A stretch of 39,809 nucleotides of DNA from Candidatus Aenigmatarchaeota archaeon. Lineage in GTDB: Archaea; Aenigmatarchaeota; Aenigmatarchaeia; CG10238-14; SpSt-28. How positions within the stretch are numbered: position 1 is the first letter of the stretch; every line of letters starts with the position of its first letter. The position numbers and the translations under genes are program-made. Under the pieces are notes generated by a model. That model did not search any database and was not told where the DNA came from. It saw nothing but the letters and a program-made list of their open reading frames with translations. The stretch is from NCBI GenBank assembly GCA_032249395.1, contig JAVVFY010000007.1:1-39809 (forward strand). The letters run 5' to 3'. Below are positions 8,210-17,529 of the stretch, piece by piece.

Positions 8210-9892
8210 ATGAAGAATCTAGTTGCTAAGGTTTTAAGAGATATAGGTTTCGAGATTAGCGAGGCTGAAATTGAAGAGCCTTCAAAAAAAGAATGGGGGG
8301 ACTATTCTTTTCCTTGCTTCTCTTTGGCAAAGAAGCTAAGGACTAATCCTATGGAGCTGGCAGTATATATAGCTAAGAAGATTCCTGTAGATAGATATTC
8401 TTTTCTTTTAAAGGTAGAGGCAGTAAATGGTTATGTAAATTTCTTCATTTATTGGGAAAGGCTTGCAGATAAGATTTTAGATGAAATATTAAATTTGAAG
8501 AAACTAAACATTGGTAATAGAAAAAAAGTGATGATAGAATTCTCTCAACCGAATCCGGTCCATCCTATGCATATAGGTCATGCAAGAGGTACTTTTATTG
8601 GAGATGCATTGAGTAGAATTTTTGAATTTTGCAACTTCAAAGTAATAAGGGCAAATTTAATGAACGATGTTGGATTACAAGTAGCTAAACTTTGTACTGC
8701 ATACATCCTATGGTACAATGGAAAAAAACCAAACAAAAAACCAGATCATTGGTTATGGGAAATTTATGTAAGGTTTCATGAAGAAGCTAAGAATGATGTC
8801 ACATTGGAAGAAAAAGCGAGGGAAGTTTTGAGAAAATACGAGCTTGAAAGAGATAAAGAAATAATAAAAATCTGGAATAAGTTAGTTAGATGGTGTGTAA
8901 ATGGTTTTAAAGAAACATATAAAAAACTCAAGATAAAGTTCGATGTTTGGTTCTATGAGCACGAGTTTAGAGAATTAGGAAAAGAATTAGTGTATCAAGC
9001 CTTAGCTAAAAACATAGCTTTTAAAAGCAATGAAGGTGCTGTAATAGCAAATTTGGAGAATTACGGTTTGCCGAATTGTGTTATTTTGAGATCGGATGGC
9101 ACTGGATTGTATTTAACTAGCGATTTGGGACTAACTGTTCATAAGTTTAATAAATACAAGTTAGATAAATCGATCTGGGTGGTTTCTACTCAGCAATCTC
9201 TACATTTTAAACAACTCTTCAAATTGTTAGAATTGCTAGGTTATGAGTGGGTTAAGGATTGTTATCATTGCTCTTTCGAACATGTTAATTTACCAGAAGG
9301 CAAAATGTCATCTAGAGAAGGAAGAGCAGTTTTATTGGATGAAGTAATTAGCACGCTTGAAAAAAGAGTAAGAGAAGAAGTAGAAAAAAGAAATCCTAAA
9401 AAAGACAAGAGAAAAATTGCTATAGTTAGTAGAAAAATCGCCATAGGAGCAATAAAGTATTCTATTTTAAAAATAAGTCCAGAGGATCAAATAGTTTTTG
9501 AATGGGAAAGGATGTTAAAGTTAGATGGAAACACAGGACCTTATATTCAATATGCGTTAACAAGATGCAAGGGAATTCTTAAAAAAGCAGGAAAATTTGA
9601 GAGAAATTTTTATCCAAAAAGTATGAAAGAAGAGGAGAGATTACTTATTAAAAAGATTGGAGAGTTTCAATTTATAATACAAAAGGTTATAAAGGAAATG
9701 AAGCCTTATTATTTAGCTAACTATCTTTATGAACTATCCACCCTTTTCAGCGATTTCTACGAAAAAGTGCCTGTAATAAAGGAAGAAGATAAAGATATAA
9801 GAAATTTTAGATTGACTTTAGTAGAAGCAACGCAAAAAGTTCTTAATCTCGGACTTAATTTATTGGGTATAGAAGCTCCAGAGTTTATGTAA
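8210..9892 (+). CDS. argS: Arginyl-tRNA synthetase
   Basis: EFSQPNPVHPMHIGH (HIGH), RSDGTGLY, KMSSREG, GPYIQY, C-terminal LGIEAPEFM. Confidence 0.97.
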   Translation: MKNLVAKVLRDIGFEISEAEIEEPSKKEWGDYSFPCFSLAKKLRTNPMELAVYIAKKIPVDRYSFLLKVEAVNGYVNFFIYWERLADKILDEILNLKKLNIGNRKKVMIEFSQPNPVHPMHIGHARGTFIGDALSRIFEFCNFKVIRANLMNDVGLQVAKLCTAYILWYNGKKPNKKPDHWLWEIYVRFHEEAKNDVTLEEKAREVLRKYELERDKEIIKIWNKLVRWCVNGFKETYKKLKIKFDVWFYEHEFRELGKELVYQALAKNIAFKSNEGAVIANLENYGLPNCVILRSDGTGLYLTSDLGLTVHKFNKYKLDKSIWVVSTQQSLHFKQLFKLLELLGYEWVKDCYHCSFEHVNLPEGKMSSREGRAVLLDEVISTLEKRVREEVEKRNPKKDKRKIAIVSRKIAIGAIKYSILKISPEDQIVFEWERMLKLDGNTGPYIQYALTRCKGILKKAGKFERNFYPKSMKEEERLLIKKIGEFQFIIQKVIKEMKPYYLANYLYELSTLFSDFYEKVPVIKEEDKDIRNFRLTLVEATQKVLNLGLNLLGIEAPEFM

Positions 9893-9896
9893 ATAT

Positions 9897-10154
9897 TTAA
9901 ATCTCTCCACCCCTCTCTTTTAACCAGTTTTCTACAGCTTTTCTTATTGCAACTATTTTAATCTCACCATTTGGTAAAGTTCTTCTTATTGTTACAGGAA
10001 CCATCATTTTTTTAAACTCCTCTTTCGCAAGTTCTATAGGATCTGTTTTGTCGCTTTTAACTAAAACTGGGGCCCCTAATGCAATTTGCAAAGCTCTCGC
10101 ACTTATGATTCTTGCGACCTCAAATCTAGTCAATCTATCTTCTGGCCATTCCAT
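9897..10154 (-). CDS. rpoK: RNA polymerase subunit K (Rpo6)
   Basis: [22 protein letters not shown] signature. Confidence 0.96.
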   Translation of the reverse strand: MEWPEDRLTRFEVARIISARALQIALGAPVLVKSDKTDPIELAKEEFKKMMVPVTIRRTLPNGEIKIVAIRKAVENWLKERGGEI

Positions 10155-10164
10155 AAAAAACCTC

Positions 10165-10359
10165 CTAAGGTTTAAATTGGGCTATATTTTTGAATAGGTC
10201 TACGTGAGCAAGAAACATTCTTCTGCAGCAATACCTTTTAACTTTTAAATCATCTAATATTTTTGCAGGATCTTCTCCATCTTCTACCCTTTTTTTAAAT
10301 AATTCGTATAAATGTCCTATCACTTTTCCGCAAGTAAAGCATCTAACAGGGAATAGTAT
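10165..10359 (-). CDS. rpoN: RNA polymerase subunit N (Rpo10); probable ATA start
   Basis: PVRCFTCGK...RYCCRRM. SD AGGTG (10370-10366) lies 6 nt before ATA 10359, giving the family-typical MLFPVRC N-terminus. ORF track start is TTG 10374. Confidence 0.93.
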   Translation of the reverse strand: MLFPVRCFTCGKVIGHLYELFKKRVEDGEDPAKILDDLKVKRYCCRRMFLAHVDLFKNIAQFKP

Positions 10360-10431
10360 ATTTACCACCTTCAATTACAGTATTTATTAATTTTGTACAT
10401 ACTAATTTAAAAGTATTGATTAAAAAATTTT

Positions 10432-10758
10432 ATGAAGAGTGCTAAATCCACTTTAAAAAATGAATTTAAACTTAAACAAAAAGCTTTAAATGCTTTGAAA
10501 AAAGTTATAGACCCAGAACTAGGGGCGAATATAGTAGATCTGGGTCTAATTTATGACATAAAAGTTAATGAAAATAGCATAGATGTTTTAATGACTTTGA
10601 CGTATATTGGTTGTCCTCTTGGAAATTTTCTTATGTTTGAAGTGGAAGATAAATTAAAAAAAGCAGGATTTGAGAATGTTAACATTAGTCTAACATTCGA
10701 CCCACCTTGGACACCGGAAAGAATGAGCGAAAAGTTAAGGAAGAAGTTTGTAATTTAA
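10432..10758 (+). CDS. DUF59/SufT-like Fe-S cluster assembly protein
   Basis: VIDPELGANIVDLGLIY, TYIGCP, FDPPWTPERMS motifs. Confidence 0.92.
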   Translation: MKSAKSTLKNEFKLKQKALNALKKVIDPELGANIVDLGLIYDIKVNENSIDVLMTLTYIGCPLGNFLMFEVEDKLKKAGFENVNISLTFDPPWTPERMSEKLRKKFVI

Positions 10759-10998
10759 ATTAATATATTTTATTTTTTATAAAAATTTTTTTAATTGTTC
10801 CTTTTCAATATTCTACTTACATTTCAAGAACTTGATTACATCTTAGTAAGCTTTTAAGTTGAAAAATAGTGGATTAAAAACATATGCTCGTAAAACTTTA
10901 GACTATATCTATGTTTTTGAAGCAATTTATTTGAATTGCATATAAACAGTCCATCTTCTTTAGTTTTTTAGCTGCAACATGAACAAAATAATATTAAA

Positions 10999-11025
10999 AT
11001 GCATTGCAATTTATTTACAATGCAT
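10999..11025. repeat. 11-5-11 imperfect inverted repeat in long AT-rich intergenic region
   Basis: ATGCATTGCAA-TTTAT-TTACAATGCAT (10/11 complementary); a related sequence occurs at 10922-10946. Confidence 0.6.
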
Positions 11026-11206
11026 ACAAAGGGATTCAGCAGAGTCGTTAATTGTATTATTTTATAGATTAGTAACTTCTACTTTTTAGAATGAGGAGAG
11101 AATAATTGAGAAATGGTATGTATTAAAGTTACATTTTTAGAAAGCTGTATTAGTTGGTTTAATAGTTAAGTAGCTTACACTATTTACATTAGAGATTTTA
11201 AAACTA

Positions 11207-11320
11207 CTACTTTTTGTGTTCTAATCTGCAAATCAACACATGTTTGGAAAACCCAATGTAAATAGCATTACCACAATAAGGGCAAATACCTTCAGGTTCT
11301 GGCAACTTTCCTTTTGCCAT
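11207..11320 (-). CDS. Small zinc-finger-like protein (missed by ORF track)
   Basis: MAKGKLPEPEGICPYCGNAIYIGFSKHVLICRLEHKK; CxxC-x10-HxxxC; SD AGGTG 5 nt upstream (alternative ATG 11323); tandem TAG stops. Confidence 0.72.
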   Translation of the reverse strand: MAKGKLPEPEGICPYCGNAIYIGFSKHVLICRLEHKK

Positions 11321-11362
11321 CATACCACCTATTTATTTATTAATGGCTAGGTTTAAATTTAA

Positions 11363-11860
11363 TTAAGCTATAAGCCAATCCCTCTTTAACCAAAAGATCT
11401 TTTCATCACTTTTCTGCTTCTTTTCTTTTTCCTCTTCTTTAACTTCTTCTTTTTCCTCTATTTTATTTATCATAATGTTCTTTCTTATAGTTTCGGCGAT
11501 ATTTTTAAGTTCTTCAGGCTTTATTTCTATAGGTTTATTTTCTATTAGTGGGATTTCGTTTTCAAAATAAGGATAAATTCTTAAGTGTAGGTGCTCTATT
11601 TGAGAAGGCATATGAGCAATACTGATTGCTAGTGGCGACAAAGCTTTTTTAATACTTTCAGCTATTTTAACAGCTATAAGAAACATTTCTCTAGATAGAT
11701 TTTCATCTTCTTCGAAAGACTTGACATGTTTTTTTGGCATAACTAGACTCATTCCTTTACTCCTCGGATGTATATCTAAGAAAGCTAAAAAATTTTCATC
11801 CTCATAAACGATTTCGCTTTTAATTTCTTTTCTTGCTATTTTACAAAAAACACATTCCAT
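11363..11860 (-). CDS. HIT-family nucleotide hydrolase with charged C-terminal extension
   Basis: CVFCKI, AFLDIHP, QIEHLHLR (third His of the triad replaced by Arg). Confidence 0.88.
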   Translation of the reverse strand: MECVFCKIARKEIKSEIVYEDENFLAFLDIHPRSKGMSLVMPKKHVKSFEEDENLSREMFLIAVKIAESIKKALSPLAISIAHMPSQIEHLHLRIYPYFENEIPLIENKPIEIKPEELKNIAETIRKNIMINKIEEKEEVKEEEKEKKQKSDEKIFWLKRDWLIA

Positions 11861-11927
11861 GATGCTATTTAAACCTTAAATTTTAAAACAAGAAGTATAA
11901 AAGTATAAGAATGCATCAGGTGGGCTC

Positions 11928-12905
11928 ATGCCGGAAGTAAGAAAACCTAGGGAAGGCAGTCTAGCATTTTACCCTAGAAAGAGGGCTAAGAGAATCTACC
12001 CAAACATAGATACTTATCCTTCTATTGAAAAAACAATTCCTCTAGCTTTTGCTGCATATAAAGTTGGTATGTGTCATGTTATTTGTTTAGATAATAGAAA
12101 AAATTCTCCTACTTACGGAATGCAAATTTCCATACCTGTAACTATTCTAGAGGCACCTCCTTTAAAGGTCATTGGAGTGAGGCTATACCAAAAAACAATA
12201 AAAGGTTTGAAAGCTTTAACAGAGATATATTCTAAAGATTTGCCAAAAGAATTAGAAAGAAAAGTAAAAATTAAGTCTAATTATTCTGAACAGAAAATTG
12301 AAGAAATTAAAAAGATTGCTGAAAAAGTTTCTAACGTTAGATTAATAGTTACTACACAACCAAAAAAAGCTGGAGTTGGAAAGAAGAAACCAGAAGTATT
12401 TGAAATAGAAATTGGTGGAAAGGATTCTAAAGAAAAAGTTGAGTATGCTTTAAGCTTGTTGGGAAAAGAAATTTTAGCGAATGAAGTTTTTAAAGAAGGA
12501 GAGCTTGTCGACGTCATTGCAGTCACTAAAGGAAAAGGAACACAAGGTCCTGTAAAAAGATTTGGAGTTAAGATCCAAGGAAGAAAAGCCAAAGAAAAAA
12601 GAAGGCATGTTGGTAGCTTGGGTCAAGAAAGGCCAGGAAAAGTAAGGTGGACTGTTCCTATGGCTGGTCAAATGGGATTCCAGACTAGAACCGAACTAAA
12701 CAAAAGAATCTTAAAATTTGGAAACGGCAATGAAATAAATCCAAAAGGCGGTTTCATAAGATACGGTATTATAAAATCTTACTACCTCCTTATAGAAGGC
12801 TCTGTTCCGGGAAGTAAGAAAAGATTGGTAATGATAAGAAAGGCCATTCGTTCGAAATTGCCTCCAATAATGCCATATGAAATAAAAAGTATAGAGGTGA
12901 GTTAA
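11928..12905 (+). CDS. rpl3: Ribosomal protein uL3
   Basis: PREGSLAFYPRKRA, YKVGM, KGKGTQGPVKRFG, GQMGF, GSVPG. Confidence 0.97.
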   Translation: MPEVRKPREGSLAFYPRKRAKRIYPNIDTYPSIEKTIPLAFAAYKVGMCHVICLDNRKNSPTYGMQISIPVTILEAPPLKVIGVRLYQKTIKGLKALTEIYSKDLPKELERKVKIKSNYSEQKIEEIKKIAEKVSNVRLIVTTQPKKAGVGKKKPEVFEIEIGGKDSKEKVEYALSLLGKEILANEVFKEGELVDVIAVTKGKGTQGPVKRFGVKIQGRKAKEKRRHVGSLGQERPGKVRWTVPMAGQMGFQTRTELNKRILKFGNGNEINPKGGFIRYGIIKSYYLLIEGSVPGSKKRLVMIRKAIRSKLPPIMPYEIKSIEVS

Positions 12906-13711
12906 TGGTAAGTGTTTTTGATATTAATGGCAAAGAAATAGAGAATATTGAACTACCAAGAGTTTTTTATCAGCCAGTTAGAGAAGATTTAATACTAAGA
13001 GCTTTTCTAGCTATTCAAAGCCATAAAAGGCAACCTTATGGACCTAACGAACTTTCTGGCTTAAGAACTTCAGCTCATTATCATGGTAAAAGACGTTCCA
13101 GATATACTATGATGAATAGAGAGATTGCTAGACATCAAAGATTGCATGGTAAAACTGTTCCTCAGCTTTTTTGGCAAGCTAGAATTGCCCCTCAAACAAA
13201 AGGAGGAAGGCCTGCTCATCCACCATTGCCTGAAAAGAATTGGTATCAAAAAATTAATAAAAAAGAAAAAATAAAAGCAACAATCTCTGCAATAGCGGCT
13301 ACCTCTTTAAAAGAATTCGTAAAAGCAAGAGGTCATAGAATTGAAGAAGTAAAAGAATTGCCAATAGTGGTAGAAGATAAAATTGAAGAAATTAAAAAAA
13401 CTAAAGAAATCATAGAATTTTTGAAGAAAATAGGTTTGGAAAAAGAATTAGAAAGGACTAAAGAAAAAAAAGTAAGAGCTGGTAAGGGAAAATTAAGGGG
13501 GAGAAGATATAAGAAAAAAGTTGGGATTTTGTTTGTTGTAAACGAAGATAAGGGAATAGGAAAAGCCGTTAGAAATATACCAGGTTGCGACGTAATCAAA
13601 GTTAAAGATTTATCTGTAGAGAAATTAGCGCCAGGTGGGAAAGCTGGTAGGTTAACAATATTTACTAAAACCGCAATTTTAAAAATAGGTGAAAAATATG
13701 GATCCTTTTAA
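12905..13711 (+). CDS. rpl4: Ribosomal protein uL4
   Basis: [31 protein letters not shown]; operon position. Confidence 0.97.
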   Translation: MVSVFDINGKEIENIELPRVFYQPVREDLILRAFLAIQSHKRQPYGPNELSGLRTSAHYHGKRRSRYTMMNREIARHQRLHGKTVPQLFWQARIAPQTKGGRPAHPPLPEKNWYQKINKKEKIKATISAIAATSLKEFVKARGHRIEEVKELPIVVEDKIEEIKKTKEIIEFLKKIGLEKELERTKEKKVRAGKGKLRGRRYKKKVGILFVVNEDKGIGKAVRNIPGCDVIKVKDLSVEKLAPGGKAGRLTIFTKTAILKIGEKYGSF

Positions 13712-13958
13712 AGTTTTGTTGTATCCTTTAGTAACTGAAAAAAGCGTTGGGATGATTGAGAAGGAAAATAAGATAGTGTTTATCGTCGATAGAAAAGCTA
13801 ATAAAAAGTTGATAAAAGAGGCATTTGAGAAGCTTTTCGGGGTTAAAGTTGAAAAAATAAATACTTTAATAACAAGAGATGGTAAGAAGAAAGCCTTTAT
13901 AAAATTAAAAAAAGAATTTAAGGCTAGTGATATAGCTGTAAAATTGGGAATATTATAG
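13698..13958 (+). CDS. rpl23: Ribosomal protein uL23
   Basis: PLVTEKS, KKAFIKL; SD GGTG 6 nt before ATG 13698. Confidence 0.96.
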   Translation: MDPFKVLLYPLVTEKSVGMIEKENKIVFIVDRKANKKLIKEAFEKLFGVKVEKINTLITRDGKKKAFIKLKKEFKASDIAVKLGIL

Positions 13959-13966
13959 GCGAGAGT

Positions 13967-14662
13967 ATGGGAAAGCGTATAATTGCTAGAGCTAGAGGTA
14001 AGGGTGGACCAAGATATAGGGCACCTTCTCACAGATATTTATGTAAGGTAGAATATTTTGAAGGTAAGGGCGAAGGAGTAGTTAAAGATATTTTACACGA
14101 TCCAGGTAGGTCATCTTTAGTCATGTTAGTTAAAATTGGCAATAAAGAAATATTTCAAATCGCGCCAGAAGGAGCTTACGTTGGACAAATTATTAAGTAT
14201 GATGGTGAAATTGCAAATGGTAATGTAGTTGAATTGGGCAAAATACCAGAAGGAACTAAAATATTTGGAATAGAGAGTTATCCTGGATCCGGACCGAAAT
14301 ATTGTAGAGCAGCAGGGAGTTTCGGAATAGTTATTGGTAAAAGTGAAAATAAAGTCACCGTTCAATTTTCTTCGGGAAAACAAAAAGTTTTAGATGCAAG
14401 ATGCAGAGCTACTATCGGAGTTCCATCGAACGGTGGGAGAACGGAAAAGCCATGGGTAAAAGCTGGTAAAAAATATATTGCATTACATGCTAGAGGAAAA
14501 CTTTTCCCAAGAACAGCAGCAGTAGCAATGAATCCCGTCGATCATCCTTGGGGTGGAAAAAGAAAAAGACCAAGACCATCTAAATTTGTAAGTAGAAGGG
14601 CACCCCCAGGAGCAAAAGTTGGAAGTATTTCTCCAAAACCGAAAAAGAAAACAACAGTTTAG
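13967..14662 (+). CDS. rpl2: Ribosomal protein uL2
   Basis: MGKRI...RGKG, HDPGR, AMNPVDHPWGG, PPGAKVG. Confidence 0.97.
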   Translation: MGKRIIARARGKGGPRYRAPSHRYLCKVEYFEGKGEGVVKDILHDPGRSSLVMLVKIGNKEIFQIAPEGAYVGQIIKYDGEIANGNVVELGKIPEGTKIFGIESYPGSGPKYCRAAGSFGIVIGKSENKVTVQFSSGKQKVLDARCRATIGVPSNGGRTEKPWVKAGKKYIALHARGKLFPRTAAVAMNPVDHPWGGKRKRPRPSKFVSRRAPPGAKVGSISPKPKKKTTV

Positions 14663-15375
14663 ACAAATTTTTGTAAACCTGGCTTTATTTTGTCTGTGTC
14701 TATTATTACGATTCTTTTATTAACCGGAAATGCCACATTAAAAATCGGAATTGTATCTATCCATGCAAATCTTTTTCCAAGGTGAGAATGCCCATGAATA
14801 ACTATGTTTGGTTTAGTTTCAAGTATTGCCATTTCCATTTCAATACTTCCTAAATTTTTATAAAAAAGAGGATTTTCTCCTTCCAGTGTTTTATATGTTG
14901 GAGCATAATGTGTTACAAGTATTTTGAAACCGCTATAATTTTTAAAACACGATCTCATTTTTTCTATTCTCGATTTGAATATTTGATTTATGTTAGGAAT
15001 ATTTGATTTTTGCCATCTCGTAGGTTCATCCAAGCTGCCTGTAGTACCGAAAATGAGTATAGGTTTTTCTCCGATTTTTAATTCTAAGTATTGATCGTCT
15101 AGAAATTTTATTCCCGTTATTTCATTCTTAATTTTTTCTCTGTAGTCTTCGAATTCTGTATTTCCGAACACAGCTATTATAGGAGAGGAAAATTTACCAA
15201 ATAATGAATTATATATTTTTCTGTATTCCTCTATTTCTTTTTCTAGAGAATCTCTTTCAACCATATCTCCAGCAAAAATTATTAGGTCAATTTCTTCGTT
15301 AATTTTTTCTAACTGTTTCACAAATTCAGAATAAAAAACTGGAGAGTGTATGTCGCTGCAAGCTAAAATCTTCAT
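14659..15375 (-). CDS. Calcineurin-like metallophosphoesterase
   Basis: SDIH, AGD, GNTE, THYAP, HGHSH motifs. Confidence 0.9.
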   Translation of the reverse strand: MKILACSDIHSPVFYSEFVKQLEKINEEIDLIIFAGDMVERDSLEKEIEEYRKIYNSLFGKFSSPIIAVFGNTEFEDYREKIKNEITGIKFLDDQYLELKIGEKPILIFGTTGSLDEPTRWQKSNIPNINQIFKSRIEKMRSCFKNYSGFKILVTHYAPTYKTLEGENPLFYKNLGSIEMEMAILETKPNIVIHGHSHLGKRFAWIDTIPIFNVAFPVNKRIVIIDTDKIKPGLQKFV

Positions 15376-15447
15376 AACATAATTTTATTTTAACTAATTT
15401 TAAATTAAAATTGTTCAAAAAATACAGTTAATTAAAAAACTTTATTT

Positions 15448-16235
15448 TTACTCACATTTACTAACAGATAGTTTGTTCAAGAAGAAATCTTTTATTTTTC
15501 TTTGCCAAGAATCTTTCTTCAATACTTCTTCAAAGACCCACCTCTTAACTTTCTTATTATCTTCTAGAAGCTTTCTTGCAATATCTTTGACAGTTTCCCA
15601 GTGAAGTCTTAAATAATCTGGTGGTTTTTCTTCTGTTTGCATTATCTTTTCTATAAACAATCTTGTTTTCTTATCATGGGCATAACCGACACCAAAATCA
15701 AAGTTAACCCTTTTCTTAATTTCTTCAATTTCTTTATCTCTTTCAACTTTAGCAACTATTGAAGCTGCAGAAACTACAGGAATTTTTTCATCTAGATAAT
15801 TTTTAACAACGAGTTTTACATTTTTTTCATTTGGCAAGAATTGTTTAATCATTTTTTCAAACTTCTCACAATTTTGTTCTATCGAATCAACGTAGATCTT
15901 CTCAACATTATCTAACATATTAATTATATCTGCGATCTTCATCGCTTCTAGTTTATCGAGATTTATTCCTTTAGAATTAAAGTAGGAAATTTTGCAGGCA
16001 GAAACTTTAACTACAATAATATCTTTTGCTATATTTTCTATTTGCTTAAACAGCTCTTCCCTTTTCTTCGGATTAAGCTGTTTAGAATCTCTAACACCTA
16101 ATATTTTTAGTTTTTTAGAATCTCTACTACTTATAGATACTCCAGCTAATACCATTGGACCTATAACAGCTCCGCGGCCTGATTGACGCCTTCTTTTAAG
16201 AAGGTTTCGTCTATGCCGCAGATTATAGAGCTAAT
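15448..16235 (-). CDS. rnhB: Ribonuclease HII, interrupted by a 23-nt insert (exon 1 16235-16206, exon 2 16182-15448; 254 aa if joined)
   Basis: Joined N-terminus IICGIDE|SGRGAVIGPMV; RDSK, VDS, VSAASIVAKVERD, FGVGY motifs; C-terminal PIP box QRKIKDFF. No in-frame ATG/GTG/TTG in exon 1; ATT start inferred from the SD. Confidence 0.9.
16183..16205 (-). other. Putative bulge-helix-bulge pre-mRNA intron (23 nt)
   Basis: ACCTTCTTAAAAGAAGGCGTCAA. 4-bp GACG/CGTC helix flanked by 3-nt bulges AAA and AAT; cutting after the 2nd nt of each bulge removes exactly this segment and restores D-E-S-G-R-G. Confidence 0.85.
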
Positions 16236-16421
16236 AATAGCACCCCCAACTTATTTATTAACACCCCCTATTCATTGAGGTTTTGTTGTGAAAGTTATTT
16301 ACTTTTTTGTTTAATCTAAATATAGCTAGGATTGAGTTAGAACTTTTCATAATTAATACATAAATTTTTCAATATAAAAGATTTTCAAAAGTTATATTCT
16401 TCTATTTTTGTCAAAATAATT

Positions 16422-16853
16422 ATGAGGTTAGATGAAATAGAGAAATTTATTAGAAGTGGAAAGAATATTGAGGATATTTTCAGTCTATTTAATTGGAGGG
16501 AGTTTGAAGAAAAAGTTGAAGAAATATTTAGAATTCATAATTTCAAAACTATAAAAAACTTCAGGTTCAAGACTACAAAAAGGTTTGAAATAGACATATT
16601 AGCCGAAAAAAGAGACTTACTGTTTGTTGTAGATTGTAAACAATGGGGCAAAGGAAGAAATAAGACGAGTGCGTTGAAGAGAGCTGCTGATAAGAATTCC
16701 GAAAGAGCAGAAGAACTTAAAAACACTCTAATGGGAAGAAACAAGATAATTATTCCAATTATAATATCTCTTTTTGATGAAGGTATATACGAGCATCATG
16801 GAGTTTACATTGTTCCATTGTTTAAGTTGAATAATTTTCTATTGCAATTTTAG
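16422..16853 (+). CDS. PD-(D/E)xK restriction-endonuclease-like protein (Mrr/NERD-like)
   Basis: WREFEE...EIDILA...VVDCKQW pattern. Confidence 0.8.
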   Translation: MRLDEIEKFIRSGKNIEDIFSLFNWREFEEKVEEIFRIHNFKTIKNFRFKTTKRFEIDILAEKRDLLFVVDCKQWGKGRNKTSALKRAADKNSERAEELKNTLMGRNKIIIPIIISLFDEGIYEHHGVYIVPLFKLNNFLLQF

Positions 16854-16906
16854 AACTAGAAGTAAAAAATAAAAAGATATAATTCAATTTTTTTAACGGT
16901 GAAGAT

Positions 16907-17455
16907 ATGACTGACTTCGATGTTAGAGTGGAGAACATAGTAGCATCCATTTCTCTTGGGACGAAAATTCCTTTAAACAATTTGCTTGATGAGGACACAG
17001 AATACGAACCAGAGCAATTCCCAGGGGTAGTTTTTAGGATGGAAGAACCAAAAGCAGCAGCTCTAATTTTTAGCTCAGGTAAGATAGTTTGTACAGGTTG
17101 TAGAAGCATGAGTGATTTAAAAAAAGCAATACAGCTAATTTTCAAAAAAATTAGGAAGGCAGGAGTTAGAATCCCACCCAATTATAAGGTTGAAATTCAA
17201 AATATAGTTGCATCTGCAAAATTCAAAGAAAGAGTAAATTTAGATAAAGTTGCATTCGAACTAGAAAACACAGAATACGAACCAGAGCAATTCCCAGGGG
17301 TAGTTTTTAGGATGGAGGAGCCTAAAGTTGCTTTTCTTTTCTTTAGTTCCGGAAAAATAGTTTGTACAGGAACAAGAAAAGTAGAAGAAATTAAAGATGC
17401 TATAGAGAAGGTTTACAAGAAATTAAAAGAAATAAAGGCGTTTGAAGAATCTTAA
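16907..17455 (+). CDS. tbp: TATA-box binding protein
   Basis: Two repeats NIVAS...EYEPEQFPG...FSSGKIVCTG. Confidence 0.98.
   Translation: MTDFDVRVENIVASISLGTKIPLNNLLDEDTEYEPEQFPGVVFRMEEPKAAALIFSSGKIVCTGCRSMSDLKKAIQLIFKKIRKAGVRIPPNYKVEIQNIVASAKFKERVNLDKVAFELENTEYEPEQFPGVVFRMEEPKVAFLFFSSGKIVCTGTRKVEEIKDAIEKVYKKLKEIKAFEES
16995..17316 (+). repeat. 49-bp perfect direct repeat between the two TBP halves (16995-17043 and 17268-17316)
   Basis: ACACAGAATACGAACCAGAGCAATTCCCAGGGGTAGTTTTTAGGATGGA occurs twice, identical. Confidence 0.92.
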
Positions 17456-17529
17456 TATACTTTTTTACATTTTTTTGTATCTTCATACTTTTTAATAAAA
17501 AACTTTAAATACTGCCTTAAATTTTCAAC

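Noticed and set aside
16183..16205. rnhB insert as a simple pseudogenising mutation or terminator hairpin
   Set aside because: The rest of the gene is intact, and the insert pairs with the exon in BHB geometry with frame-restoring cut sites; no U-tract follows.
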